Shown here in pieces: positions 13,309 through 25,190 of a DNA stretch of 53,661 nt (the stretch's first letter is position 1; every line of letters begins with the position of its first letter). Below the pieces are notes generated by a model that saw nothing but the letters and a program-made list of their open reading frames with translations, was not told the DNA's origin and searched no databases. The stretch comes from Octopus sinensis (lineage: Eukaryota). The DNA lies in NCBI RefSeq assembly GCF_006345805.1, contig NW_021833898.1, positions 1 to 53,661 on the forward strand, written 5' to 3'. A program made the translations under genes and the position numbers.

Positions 13309-13478
13309 TATATATATATATATATGGGGAGTGCGTGTGCGTGCTTTTGTCTTTCCGTCTGTGTTTCTACCCCACTATCACCACCACCGACACTCGATAG
13401 TGATGCATTCTTTACGTCCCTGTAAATTAGCGGTTCGGCAAAACGGGAACGATAGAATAAGTACCAGGCGCAAAACGC
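13134..13478 (+). mobile_element. SINE family B with an internal (TG)/(TA) tract
   Basis: GTTCCGGGTTCAGTCCCACTGCGTGG head (B-box like), GGTAGACGAAAACTAAAGAGACCCGTCG, microsatellite, then the B tail. Confidence 0.8.
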
Positions 13479-14007
13479 AACATATCAACCCTCTCTGTCG
13501 AACTTCCTATTTCCTTACATTAAGTCTGCGTTTACAAGCCTCTGCGACGTCACACTCCTCCATAGACTTTCACCCCTTATTTCGTAAACGGTTCATTTTC
13601 ACTCTTTGACGAAATGTTATACAGACGAAAGTAAAGTTGCTGTGTAAAGTCTGCTATGATATCTGTTTTAGTGTTGCGATGAAGTAATAATCGTTGATTT
13701 GTTAAGCGTGGAATGTTGATTAAGACTCAGGAAATACAGGAATATCTTCAATAAATCTATAACATCAAATCTTTGTGCATTAACAAAGAAAATATCTGCC
13801 AGATATAAGAGAATATAAGCGCTCGCTCTTAACTCCGGCTTCATAAATCTGATACAGTTGAAAGATAAAGCTTTTGGTTGGAAGCAGCAGTAAACTTACG
13901 TAAATAATATTTGAAAGGATTAGAATTTATAAAATGAGTTTCTTAAAAGATACACTAACTCATTAAATATTTTTCGGCTCCGCTTATTCAGCAGCTTATT
14001 AAATTAA

Positions 14008-14376
14008 ATCTCTCTGTATATAAAGCTGAAGTTATCTGTGTGTGGCAGGTTTGGTAGCCTTCAACTAACATTTTCTCCTCCGAGACCCTGCAGCGCAAGT
14101 TGACCAAAATTGAGAGTATGATACCAGAAGGCTTGCCCTTCATTCCGTAGAAGAAAAAATTCAAATCGGACCATGTTAACACCAAAAATTATTTACATCA
14201 AAAAGGTGCTTTTTTTCTATGAAAATCCCTATTTTTGACTGCTGTGTCGCCATTTTTCGGTGTATTTCAACTTAAAGAGAATAACAAGCTGCATAATGCA
14301 AAATTTTTACCTTTCAAAAATTCCAATTCTAAAGGGTCGAAACAAACCCGAGCAATGCGGGGGGATACTGCTAGTA
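14008..14376 (-). mobile_element. Helitron/Helentron-associated (HINE/DINE-like) non-autonomous element
   Basis: The minus strand begins TACTAGCAGTATCCCCCCGCATTGCTCGGG (ACTAG start plus a CCCG..CGGG subterminal hairpin) and ends CTTTATATACAGAGAGAT, between T residues, matching the architecture of DINE-1/Lep1-type elements. Confidence 0.55.
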
Positions 14377-15549
14377 TTTAATAAAGCTAAATCATTCTGT
14401 ATGAGGTTCATGCTTTCTCGAATATCCACTTGACAATGCTAGGAATGGAGGGGCGCCATATAAGTAGTGGTTCATTTGCTAATCTCTCTGTTCTAAATGA
14501 AATTGTGCAAATGGTACAAATCGAATAATTGATTAAGTTAAATAACTTAAAGATTTCTATTTTCATCTCTCATGTTGACATCGGTGAAATCAGTCAGTAT
14601 TAGGTGGCTGGTATTGACTCCATTTCCTTTCGCTTCTGACAAAAATCATTACTTAAATCTCGGTCTGAGCTGGTATCAATAAATTAAATCGTACAGAGGT
14701 CAAAGATGTCTCTAAGCCCCAACGACATGCATACACTATACAGGAACTGAGAATTTATTCTTCGATAGATAACGCTTGGTTTCGCAACAAGATTTAGCAA
14801 GAGATAACTGTTTCCGAAACAGCAATAATCGATAAACTTGGTATCTAAAATAAGATTTCTAATCTTGTTTAACAATAAATGAAGTAAAATATAAATAAAC
14901 AAATGAATAAAAAAACGAGAAAATGTCAGTGATTGAATGAATAAACAGACAATGAATATTTGACACATCGGCAGCCTGGTAAACAAACATGATACGACCG
15001 CCACTAACGATAAATATCTTGGTCGGTCGTTATTTTATATCTGGGGAAATTAAAAACTAACTTCAACAAAAATGCAACTGGAATAAAAATGAAACACAAT
15101 TCCTACATTTCTCTTCATTATTGAGTTTAAAATCCCTGCGACTACAAAACGATAACACGAAGATTCTGTAAAATATAGTGATACGTTTTATGTTTCGGCA
15201 TAAAAGACTCCGTTTATTTATTGTTCTGCAACTACGATCCCTGCTTTGTAAGATATAGGTCAACAGCACAACAAAAGAAAAAAAAAAACAATGCACATTT
15301 AGACTGTTGTTTTTTTGAAAAACTGCAAAGGTTTTTTTTTTCTTTTTCTCTTCAAACAAATCAGTGGAATCATACGCTGTCGAATAATTTTCTTTTCCGT
15401 CTATAAAACTCACGTTACGTATTGTCTTTCACTATCAATAAACTACATAGAACCGGTTCTAATCGAGCTTCGTACAACTTTACCCTGATATACGATCCCC
15501 AGTCAATCTTTCTCCCCCATCACGCCCTCCCCCAAACCTCCCTACTTAC

Positions 15550-15681
15550 CACTTTTTCTTCTTTCTCTCCTTCTACGATTTCTTCAAGAATTTTAAGACA
15601 ATCTTTATTCGCTAGACTGCCTTTAAACGGGCTATAGATTTTTCTTCTTGCTTTACTTGTTGTTGTCTTTCTATGAGGACT
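15550..15681 (-). CDS. Candidate internal coding exon (44 codons, phase 0-0), product unknown
   Basis: Minus strand: TCATTGTTATTTATAG| AGT CCT CAT ... GAA AAA GTG |GTAAGTAGG; reads SPHRKTTTSKARRKIYSPFKGSLANKDCLKILEEIVEGEKEEKV without a stop, in non-repetitive sequence. No partner exon or homologue recognised. Confidence 0.33.
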
Positions 15682-16227
15682 CTATAAATAACAATGAATT
15701 CAATGGCGAAAACTATATTTGGAAAAACATTGTCCAGACTAAGACATTGTTAAAGTAGATAAATGTGGCGGTTAGTTTCTCGCCAGACGAAATGTCAGTC
15801 GTGGATTTTACATCAAACATCTCTGCTCTAGAAGTTCTCCATTAAGATTTAGATAGGAAAGTTCTTTTATCGTAAATTTACATGATTCACTACGCACATA
15901 TAAAGAACAATAATGTCTGCATTGGTGTTAATAAGTAAAGTCCATTAAGGGCAGCAGAGAGCAGAGAACCAGACAAATTGCTTTGCGGTGTACGTTTACA
16001 ATTATGTTCCATTCCGTTCTGAGACCAAGCGCTACCATCTTCGATTTTCACCGGACTTAATCCGCGCCGATACACGCAGTAATTTAACCCTTTCAATATT
16101 GAAAATGAATATATGCGTTCAAACTGCGGTAAACAGTTTTAGTCCAGGGTTTTGAAAAACACCTCTCCTAATGCTGGGGAAAGTTGAGAGTCCCAAGGGA
16201 CATATCTTACAGAAGACACTTTTCTTA

Positions 16228-16380
16228 ATCTTTACCTGTTTCAGTCATTAGACTACGACCATGCTAGGTCTCTGCATTCAAGAATTTTAGTCGAACGAAT
16301 CGCCCCCAGTGCTTCCTTATTTTTTCAGCCCGGTACTTATTCTGTCGGTTTCCTGTACCAAAGCGCTAAGTTACGGAGAT
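16228..16380 (-). mobile_element. SINE family B, 3' fragment
   Basis: CTGTTTCAGTCATTAGACTACGACCATGCT...GGTACTTATTCTGTCGGTTTC..ACCAAAGCGCTAAGTTACGG. Confidence 0.7.
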
Positions 16381-16469
16381 ATAAACATATCGACATATAC
16401 ACACACAAAGCCACACACACTCACACGCATACACATATGTGTGTGTGTGTGTGTGTGATTGGAAATTGT

Positions 16470-16786
16470 GAGGGCGCGTGTTAGTGGTTAGGGCATTCGG
16501 CTCATGATCGTAAGGTTGTGAGTTCGATTCCCGCGACGCGTTTGTGTCCTTGAGCAAGACCTTTATTTCACGTTGCTCCAGTCCACTCAGCTGGCAAAAA
16601 TGAGTTGTACTTGTATTTCAAGGGTCAGCCTTGTCACTCTCTGTGTCACGCACGCTGATTTCCCCGAGAACTACGTTAAGGGTACACGTGTCTGTGAATG
16701 CTCACAGCCATTTACACGTTAATTTCACGAGCAAGCTGTTCCGTTGATCGTATCAGCTGGACCCTCGTCGTCGTAAACGGCGGAGT
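16470..16786 (+). mobile_element. SINE family D (tRNA-like head, CORE-like segment, 3' tail shared with family C)
   Basis: A box TAGTGGTTAGG, B box GAGTTCGATTCCC, TGTGTCCTTGAGCAAGAC, then TGTATTTCAAGGGTCAGCCTTGTCAC...CCCTCGTCGTCGTAAACGGCGGAGT. Confidence 0.85.
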
Positions 16787-16880
16787 CTTTTAAGGAGGAT
16801 TGGAAATTAGACTTCTTAACACGCAGCCACAGCTGTGCCTGCATATATATTATATATATACATACAACACACAATATATA

Positions 16881-16972
<92 letters not shown>

Positions 16973-17065
16973 CATACATATATTATACATTTTCAAATGT
17001 AACCCACATGTGAATCGTTGGCGATTTTCTTCCTCTCGTCTTCCTTTTCTATTGGACTTTCCTCT

Positions 17066-17100
17066 GTTTCTGAAGAAGAGCGTTGCTCGAAACATTAAAC
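17066..17100 (+). ncRNA. Minimal type I hammerhead-ribozyme-like motif within a ~17000-17205 (TA)n-flanked element
   Basis: GTTT-CTGAAGA-A-GAGC-gtt-GCTC-GAAAC-ATT-AAAC: stem I GTTT/AAAC, core CUGANGA and GAAA, stem II GAGC/GCTC, vestigial stem III. Confidence 0.55.
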
Positions 17101-17213
17101 CATCTTTTTTTCCTTCGCTGAGCATCTGATAATAATTTACATGCACCACGTTCGCGCGTTGTTGTTTCTTTTTTGCTTTTTTGTGCTTGGTCTTCGTTTT
17201 TGGGTGGGGAATT

Positions 17214-17251
<38 letters not shown>

Positions 17252-18074
17252 CTACACTTATATACGCACACACTCACTCATACTTCTCATACTTGTGCAG
17301 TTTTAATTTTAAATATCACGCCATTGGTTATTGCATATGTATTATGTATATTGATACATTCCTGCTGCTTTGAAAGAGTGAAATGGTAAAGACAATGATT
17401 GAAGAGAACTGGTGCCAATGCAGTATGTAGAGATATTCGAGTCACTAAATTCACTAAGTTCACTAAATACTCCGTCATGTCTTGTAGAGCAATGATTCAA
17501 ATCTTATTGTCATGATAAAATTCCTGTATGATTATCTCATTGTAAACTATATGGTATGTATTATTCATTTTAATACATCACTGCGCTCTATCTGTTCCCT
17601 GTAATACAAAAGCGCGATTCAGTAGTCATTGATGTTAATGATATTAGAAGGCCGCTGTTTTGTGATTGAAGACTACAAGACAATCGACTAAGACAGCTGA
17701 TTTCATGCTACGTCGTATGAAGAATAGTGGTATTATGCACACACACACACACATACGCTCACACATACACACAAGTTCAAACGCAGAATTATATATAAGC
17801 ACACATATGTATACATACACTGTATATATGTATGTATGTGTGTGTATATATACATATAGATAGATATAAACTTTATAGAAAGACAAAAGAAGGAGACAGG
17901 TGTGGGAACAATAAGCAGGTGTGTTAGTTTAAGCCCGGGAATGATGGAAAGGTCTTTTACGTTTCCAGCCAACGCTCTTCGACAGAGAGATATACGAGGA
18001 AATAGAGAGAGAGAATGAAAAATAAAAAGGGAGAGAAAAACTGTGTAGTGTTCAGCTGTTAGACATCGCGAGAT

Positions 18075-18424
18075 ACATACTACATAAATACATGCATACA
18101 TGCATACATACATGCTTACATACATATATACATGCGTACATACATATATACATACGTATATACATGCATAGATACATACATACATACTTGCACATACATA
18201 TATACAAATATACATACAGACAGATATATATATACATGCATACATAATACATGCATACATGCATACATGCATATATTCATACATACATATATACATACAT
18301 ACATGCATGCATACATAGATACATACATACATACACACATACATACACACATACAAGCATGCATACAGACAGACATATATACATACATACATGCATACAT
18401 ACATACCTACATACATATACATAT
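18075..18424. repeat. Degenerate (CATA)n array
   Basis: Direct reading; source of several MYVC ORFs. Confidence 0.9.
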
Positions 18425-18425
18425 A

Positions 18426-18823
18426 GGCGGAAGCTCGGCTGTGTGGTAAGATGTCTGTTTCCCAAACACATGTTTCCTCGTTCCATCCCGCTGCATGGCA
18501 GCTTCGCGAATTGTCTTCTACTCCAGCATCGGACCGGTTAAAGCCTTGTGAGTGGATTTCGTAGATGGAAACTGAAAGAAGCCGGTCTTATATACATACA
18601 TGTGTGTGCGTGTTTGCCTCCACCTACCAGCCCCGCCCACCCCTTAACAACAGGTGTTGGCGTTCTTTACGTCCCAGTTACATAGCAGTTCGGCAAAAGA
18701 TACCGATAGATTAAGTACCAGGATTTAAAAGCAACCAAGTACCATGGTCCGTTCGTTCGAGTAAAAATTCTTCAAAGCGGTGCCCCAGCATGGCCACAGT
18801 CTAAAGCCTGAAACAAGTAAAAG
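18426..18823 (+). mobile_element. SINE family B, near full length
   Basis: GGCGGAAGCTCGGCTGTGTGGTAAGA head, AAAGCCTTGTGAGTGGATTTCGTAGATGGAAACTGAAAGAAGCC, short microsatellite, tail ending GAAACAAGTAAAAGA. Confidence 0.85.
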
Positions 18824-19879
18824 ATATATGCATTTATGTATGTATGTATGTATGTATGTATGTATGTATGTATGTATGTATGTATGTATGCATGTATGTA
18901 TGTAGGTAAGTAGATAGGTGCGTGTATATATGTATGCGTATAAATGTGTGTGCGTGTGTAAAGCACACACATAAATACATGTACAAACGTACGCATTCTC
19001 AGAAATAAGTTATTGTTGTAGCTAAACAGTTAACCACCAGTTGGGATTTCGGCGCAAATTCCTGACCTTCAAATGACCTCCTGATTAAAAAATAATAAAT
19101 ACAGGTGAAAATATAAAATACAAGATACAGAGTTTTCGTTGGTTAAACAATTCTCGCGTGACTGACGCGTAAAATTAGCTTCTAAATTCAATAAACATTA
19201 TTCTCTTATGAAAACAGACGATTTAACTCACAGACGTTTATTATGTTTAATCCGTTATTATTACAGTAAACACGCAATGCTGCCCGGTAGATCCTGGGGG
19301 ATTTATCAAATATCCAGTAACAACACTTAGAATTAAAATGTGGAGATTTTAAAAATAAGTATTAAATGTCTTTCTCGTCTATCGTCGCAGGTCGTATAGA
19401 CGACTGCAGTTCCAGTCAAACTGACGGGTTTCCCAGACCAAGATTAATAAAATGGTATTTGTTCTGCGAAGTGGGAAGAAATCCAAAGATAAAGTATTTT
19501 TTTATGCCTTGCATTTCATTCCCTACCACCCTCCTGCTTTCCAATGAGAGCAGCATTTCTGCTCTTTTCAGGGCATCAAGATTTCACCGCGACCCTGAAA
19601 GGGTGACTAACGGGTGCTGTGCCTTGCCAAAGGGCAACTCGTGATTCTGTCTGGGGCTGCTTATTGAGTGTTCGTAGCCAGCCTGTACATCTTCAGGTCA
19701 TTTCCCTATCCGCAAACTGGGGACCTAATGGATGGGTGCCTTTATCGCCATACACTATAAGTATTAAAAATACAGCATAAATTCATATCCAAATACCACT
19801 TGTGCATTCAATATATCCCACGCGTGTCTCGTAGAGTTGAGAGTGTAGTTATAAGATTACGAGTGGGGCAACTGAACTT

Positions 19880-20110
19880 ATAAAATCCACTGAGCACATA
19901 CTCAACCAAGGGCCATTTCCCTAAAATATCAAAAACGAATTTAATCAGAGACGCTTCAGAAACCATTGCTTGCGTATAAAAGACGTAGAGCAGATGCACA
20001 TGGATATCAGTAGTGGCTGATTTTGTTGCTTAGAACACTTCAAACTGAATGGGAGATAGGTAAATGAGTCTGGGAAGATTCAGTCTGTGAGATCCGGAAT
20101 TATAAGACAG
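19880..20110 (+). pseudogene. Possible highly decayed RTE-type LINE C-terminal remnant
   Basis: One frame reads EHILNQGPFP*NIKNEFNQRRFRNHCLRIKDVEQMHMDISSG*...LNGR*VNESG, loosely like the RTE C-terminal RIPK..YGEL..G.R..GRP.LRYKD...W...V..G pattern. Confidence 0.2.
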
Positions 20111-20556
20111 TTGCTAGTTGCTTTCTATAACGAGATTCCCTAAAATAACAGTCTGGTAGTAAAGAGATTGGCTCATATCTGCCTGTGCTTCTTTCCTGGT
20201 TCGAACAAGAAAGAAATGTAATAAGCAGGTAATTAGCTAATACTGTAATTAGCTAAGACGATATCGTCAGAATTACTATGAGCAAATAAAGTTTAGTCGA
20301 GTGTCTCTTTATTCTCTGCATATTAAGAGATTCACCTTATGCACAACTAATTACTTTAATTACAGCAGGATACAAATGGATAAAAGTTTTGTCCATTTAG
20401 CTTGATCGTAGCTGTCCAGTGTCTCGGTTGTATGTTCGGTTGTCTACGAACGCCACACCAAAAAGCTATATCACTTCCACGTGAACTGCTTGAGAAAGTT
20501 GATGAAAATCACCAGGTAGGAGAAGGCCCCAGACACGGATGAAATAAGGGGAAATG

Positions 20557-20673
20557 TTACCGGTGAGTGTGTTACATTGTAAGGCACAAAAAGAAAATGA
20601 CTCTCCCCAGACACAACAGAATATGCTTCAACACACGAACTCAGATAAAGAATCTTGCAAACCAAATCCAAAA
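20557..20673. repeat. Dispersed ~117-bp repeat, copy 2
   Basis: Matches 7365-7481; both copies are followed by TA/TG microsatellite. Confidence 0.85.
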
Positions 20674-20853
20674 GCGAAATATATATATAAGTATGTATGT
20701 ATGTGTGTGTGTGCGTGTAAGTGTGTTTGTGTGTGTGTGTGTGTTTGTGTGTTTGTGTGTGTGTGTATGTTTGTGTGTGTGTAAATGTGTTTGTGTGTGT
20801 GTAAGTGTGTGTGTGTGTGTGTGTGTGGTGTGTGTGTGTGTGATTTAGGACAG

Positions 20854-21352
20854 AGCTCCCCTGTGGATGTTAGCATAAAGCTGAAGATCAGAGAAAAAAA
20901 AAGAACACGTGCTGAACTATTGAAAAATTTGTAGTTACTCTATCCAGATTATAAGGTCAGGTTTATACCGGTAATTATTGGGGGTCTGGGATATGTAACA
21001 CACCCATCTAAATGCCAGTCTTGGGAAATTAGGCTTCCCAAAACCAGAAAGGAGAAAGCTAATTCGAAGACAACAGATCCAATCCATTTTACTGGAATTG
21101 TAAAAATCTGTAAAACTTTCCAGAAGTTTATCATTTAAGTATATATGAGCATATCTAGATATGTAACTATACGCATGAGAATACATACATAAAACAAAAC
21201 GTAGAAGTCTGCACATACATATATAAATGCATACATACAAACATACATACCCTGTTGTTGATGTTGAAATTCCAATGAAGAATCTTGGTTAGAAACCGGT
21301 TCTTTCTCTATTGGCAAGAAATCTTGAAATAATCCTGAACAATAACATACAT
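20854..21352 (+). mobile_element. 5'-truncated RLE-type non-LTR retrotransposon (R4/Dong-like): C-terminus plus 3' UTR
   Basis: SSPVDVSIKLKIREKKRTRAELLKNL*LLYPDYKVRFIPVIIGGLGYVT, then frameshifted; 3' UTR CCCTGTTGTTGATGTTGAAATTCCAATGAAG...GAAATCTTGAAATAA is shared with the copy at 30952-31620. Confidence 0.8.
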
Positions 21353-21846
21353 AAATATACATGCACACTTGTTTTGATATATTCATATCTTGAAATCACA
21401 GCAGAGAGATGATAATATATGTAAAAAAGAACGGAACAGATTAATATATACATACATGTTTACGTAAAGCCATGATTCTAAAAATATGATTGATTAAATG
21501 TTAAACTGTATTCCATTTATACATTTGAACCATTCTCATATTTTTCAAGATGATTCATTCAAAATCATTGGACGTATGTTCATATTTCCTCTCCAAAATG
21601 GAATTTATAGTAAGAAAATAATATCATACACAACATATAAGAGCATACACGGAGTCTCTTCCTCTATTCATAGAGAGTGCTATCTATATGTGTCTACTTT
21701 CACGTGATCAACAGGAAAATAACAGATGAAAACTGATATTCCTAGATGCATCTAAGCTAGCTATATGTCAGAATGTATGTATATATATCTGATGGAATAA
21801 ATGTGTAAATATCGTTTAGTCCCTGTGTGTGCATGTGTATGTATGC

Positions 21847-21879
<33 letters not shown>

Positions 21880-22218
21880 TGTATGTATGTATGTATGTAT
21901 GTATGTATGTATGTATTTCTCTCTTATGAAGTACATTTTCTCCGTGAATGTCAACCAATGCATTCACTTAAAAATATATTAATTGTGTATATATGTATGC
22001 ATATGTACATACATACATACATACATATATATATATATAATATATATATATAATTATGTATGTATGTATATTATATCGCATTATATTATATTTTATTATA
22101 TCTATGTATTAACCCATACACATATATGTACGCATATATGTATACTTAGATAGGTAGGTAGGTAGATAGATAGATAGATACATACATACATATATATATA
22201 TATATGCATACTTATATA

Positions 22219-22289
<71 letters not shown>

Positions 22290-24013
22290 GCATACTTATA
22301 TATATATATTATATAAACATGTATATTGCATGCATGCATACATACATACATAGGTAGATAGATAGACACATTAGATAGATTGAGAGAAAAAGAGATTCAG
22401 AGTGAGAGGGAGACATGTATACATATATACATATAGATATACACATATAAAAATATATATGCATATATATATACACACATACTTATATACAGAGAGAGAG
22501 AGAAGGAGAATGACACACCGCACACATGCGCAAACTCACTGAAACACACGTATACATACATACACACATTTATATACACTTTGTACCATTTCCCAGATAA
22601 TATATTTCTAAATAATTGCAAATATAGTGTATAAATACATGCAAGAGGCCTATATTTAATTGGGTGGCATGAAAAACTGAGGAAAATAACAAAAATATCT
22701 TGACGGATGAGAGAAACGCCATTCATCTTCAACACGCCGTCAAGTGTCTGTCTTATTATTTTGTATCCATATTTTTAATTATAATATTTGCATCAATTAG
22801 GTTTACTAACGAGAAATTGAAATTAAGATCCTGATCTACGTAACCTTTACTCTTCTTCCATCCAAACGTGCCTGCTCTCAAATTTCCTTGACACTTTGTT
22901 ATACACACACACACATGCAAACACACATACATACGCACTCAAACACGCACACAAATACACATGGTCTATATATGCGTGAGTGTGTGTCTGTGTGCGTATG
23001 TATGTATTTCTCTCTCTCATGGAATAAAATTTCTCTGTGAATGCCAACCAATGCTTTCACTTAAAATTATATTAATGCATATATATGTGTGTGTGTGTGT
23101 GTGTTTGTGTGTGTGTGTGGTGTGTGTGCGTGTGTGTATTTCTACTATAAGGATAATATCTTCCAAACAAAATTTTATCAGCATTTTAACATACCTTTTA
23201 AGTTGAAAATTATAAGCTCTTCGGGTCTTCTAGATTCCAATACCTCTCATATATATATATATATATTATATATATATATATATGCATACTTATATATATA
23301 TATTATATAAACATGTATATTGCATGCATGCATACATACATACATACATACATACATACATACATACATACATACATACATACATAGATGTGTGTGTTTC
23401 CCTCTGTGAGTGTGTGTGTGTGTGTGTGTGTTTTGAATATTGAATATTTTGGAGCTAAACTTTCCCCTGGCCTTTAGGTTTGAAAGCAGTGAAAGAGTAA
23501 CTCAAAATTAAATAATTTGTATATATATTCTATTGGCATGTTTTACAGTCAGTAGGAACTCCTCTCAAGAAGGAACTGGTTTCTCACCTAGATAGGGACT
23601 TATTAATGGCGATGTTTATTTTAACATTTTATATACTGTAACTATGTAATCGCGCCCTCGTTTACCGATCAGCTACATATAGTACTAAAATAACCTTAAA
23701 ATCAGTCAGCGCTGCCTTAATTGAAAGTTATACTTGTATGCACAGTAACAGAATAACCATGACCGTAGAAAAAGTCGCATCAGAAGTGATATTCGATGGC
23801 ACAGGGACAACCGGCCCCGACACACTTTTATTACTATCAATACATCAGCAGAAATTCACAAATCTAGAACCAAATTTTGCAGATGCAACCCTGTCCGTAA
23901 ACCTATCTCGACGAATCGTCATCAAATATCTCAGTGTTTGGTCGTGGAATATTAGAATAGATAACATCGTGTTATTTACTACCAACACGCCACTGGTACT
24001 CAACTACCAGTAC

Positions 24014-24244
24014 GCGAGCTGGCAGAAGCGTTAGCAAGCCGGGCGAAATGCTTTGCGGTATTTCGTCTGTCGTTACGTTGTGAGTTCAAATTCCGCCGAG
24101 GTCGACTTTGCCTTTCATCCTTTCGGGGTCGATAAATTAAGTACCAGTTACGCACTGGGGTCGATGTAATCGACTTAATACCTATGTCTGTCCTTGTTTG
24201 TCCCCTCTGTGTTTAGCCCCTTGTGGGTAATAAAGAAATAGGTA
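24014..24244 (+). mobile_element. SINE family A (tRNA-like head plus Deu/Nin-like domain)
   Basis: GCGAGCTGGCAGAAGCGTTAGCAAGCCGGGCGAAATGC, B box GAGTTCAAATTCC, GTCGACTTTGCCTTTCATCCTTTCGGGGTCGATAAATTAAGTACCAG, tail AAAGAAATAGGTA. Confidence 0.9.
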
Positions 24245-24245
24245 A

Positions 24246-24377
24246 TTAATTTATCGACCTCCGAAAGATGAAAGGCAAAGTCGACCACGGCGAAATTTGA
24301 ACTCAGAACGTAAAGACTTACGGTTTACCGCTAAGCATTTCGTCCGGCGTGCTAACGTTTCTGTCAAGTTCACCGCC
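24246..24377 (-). mobile_element. SINE family A, 5' half, tail-to-tail with the previous copy
   Basis: TTAATTTATCGACCTCCGAAAGATGAAAGGCAAAGTCGACCACGGCGAAATTTGAACTCAGAACG...CGGCGTGCTAACG. Confidence 0.85.
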
Positions 24378-24855
24378 TTATGTAGGATTCACTATTATTC
24401 TGTTAGATGTCTCATCAGGGTGACTTAAATGTTTAAATAGATAAAGAATAGTTTCGCTTCTTTAAGAAAGCCAACACTACAAGACTGCATTATAAAGAGT
24501 TAGTTCAGAATCGGCCTTTGTTGCCACATTTCCATTGATTTAATTTCATGGGAAGGCTGAGTAATGGTGGTCAGCTTTTATTTATGTGAAAGCACACTTT
24601 GGTAGTTGTTTCGGTGAGACACGGAATTCATCTGACCTGGAAGTAAGTATAATCGCCGCTAATGTAGAATGCCTGGCTGCGGATACAAACTTTGAGTACA
24701 ATAACCTTATAGTCAATAACCTATAGTCAGTGTTTTATCGAACAGAGATCAATAGTGTGTACATTCGATTAACTTCTACTGAGAGAGAAGACATCCACCA
24801 AAAACCGAGGCAGTTTGTTATTGTGTTGATGTAGTTGTTGCTGTCATTCACCGAT

Positions 24856-25190
24856 GATGATGGTGGTTGTGGTGGCGGTGGTGGTAAAGATGATGATGAT
24901 GATGATGATGATGATGGTGGTTGTGGTGGTGGTGCTGGTGATAGTGCTGGTGCTGTTGCTGGTGGCGCTGGTGGAGGTGGTGGTGACGGTGGTTTTTGTG
25001 GTAGAAGAAGAAATGGTGGAGGAGATGATGGTGGATAAGGTGATGATGGTGGAGTTGGTGATGGAGGAGATACTGCTGGTTGTGGTGGTATTGGTGGTGG
25101 CGGTGGCGACGGCAGCGGCGGCGGTGGTGGCGGTGGTGGTGGTGGTGAGGAAGATGACTGTGGCGGGAGGAGAAGGAGAAGGAGAAAGAG
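24856..25190. repeat. (GAT)/(GGT)/(GGC)n low-complexity tract
   Basis: Direct reading; explains the poly-H, poly-G/D and poly-V/M ORFs. Confidence 0.9.

Noticed and set aside
16470-16545. tRNA-like sequence (A and B boxes, CTCATGA loop); similar heads at 35332, 41958 and 24014
   Set aside because: No complete cloverleaf or acceptor stem, and each continues directly into a SINE body, so these are SINE heads rather than tRNA genes.
19660-19700. Minus-strand CTGAAGA-TGTA..TAC-GAACAC hammerhead-like motif
   Set aside because: GAAA is broken and there is no stem I or III pairing.
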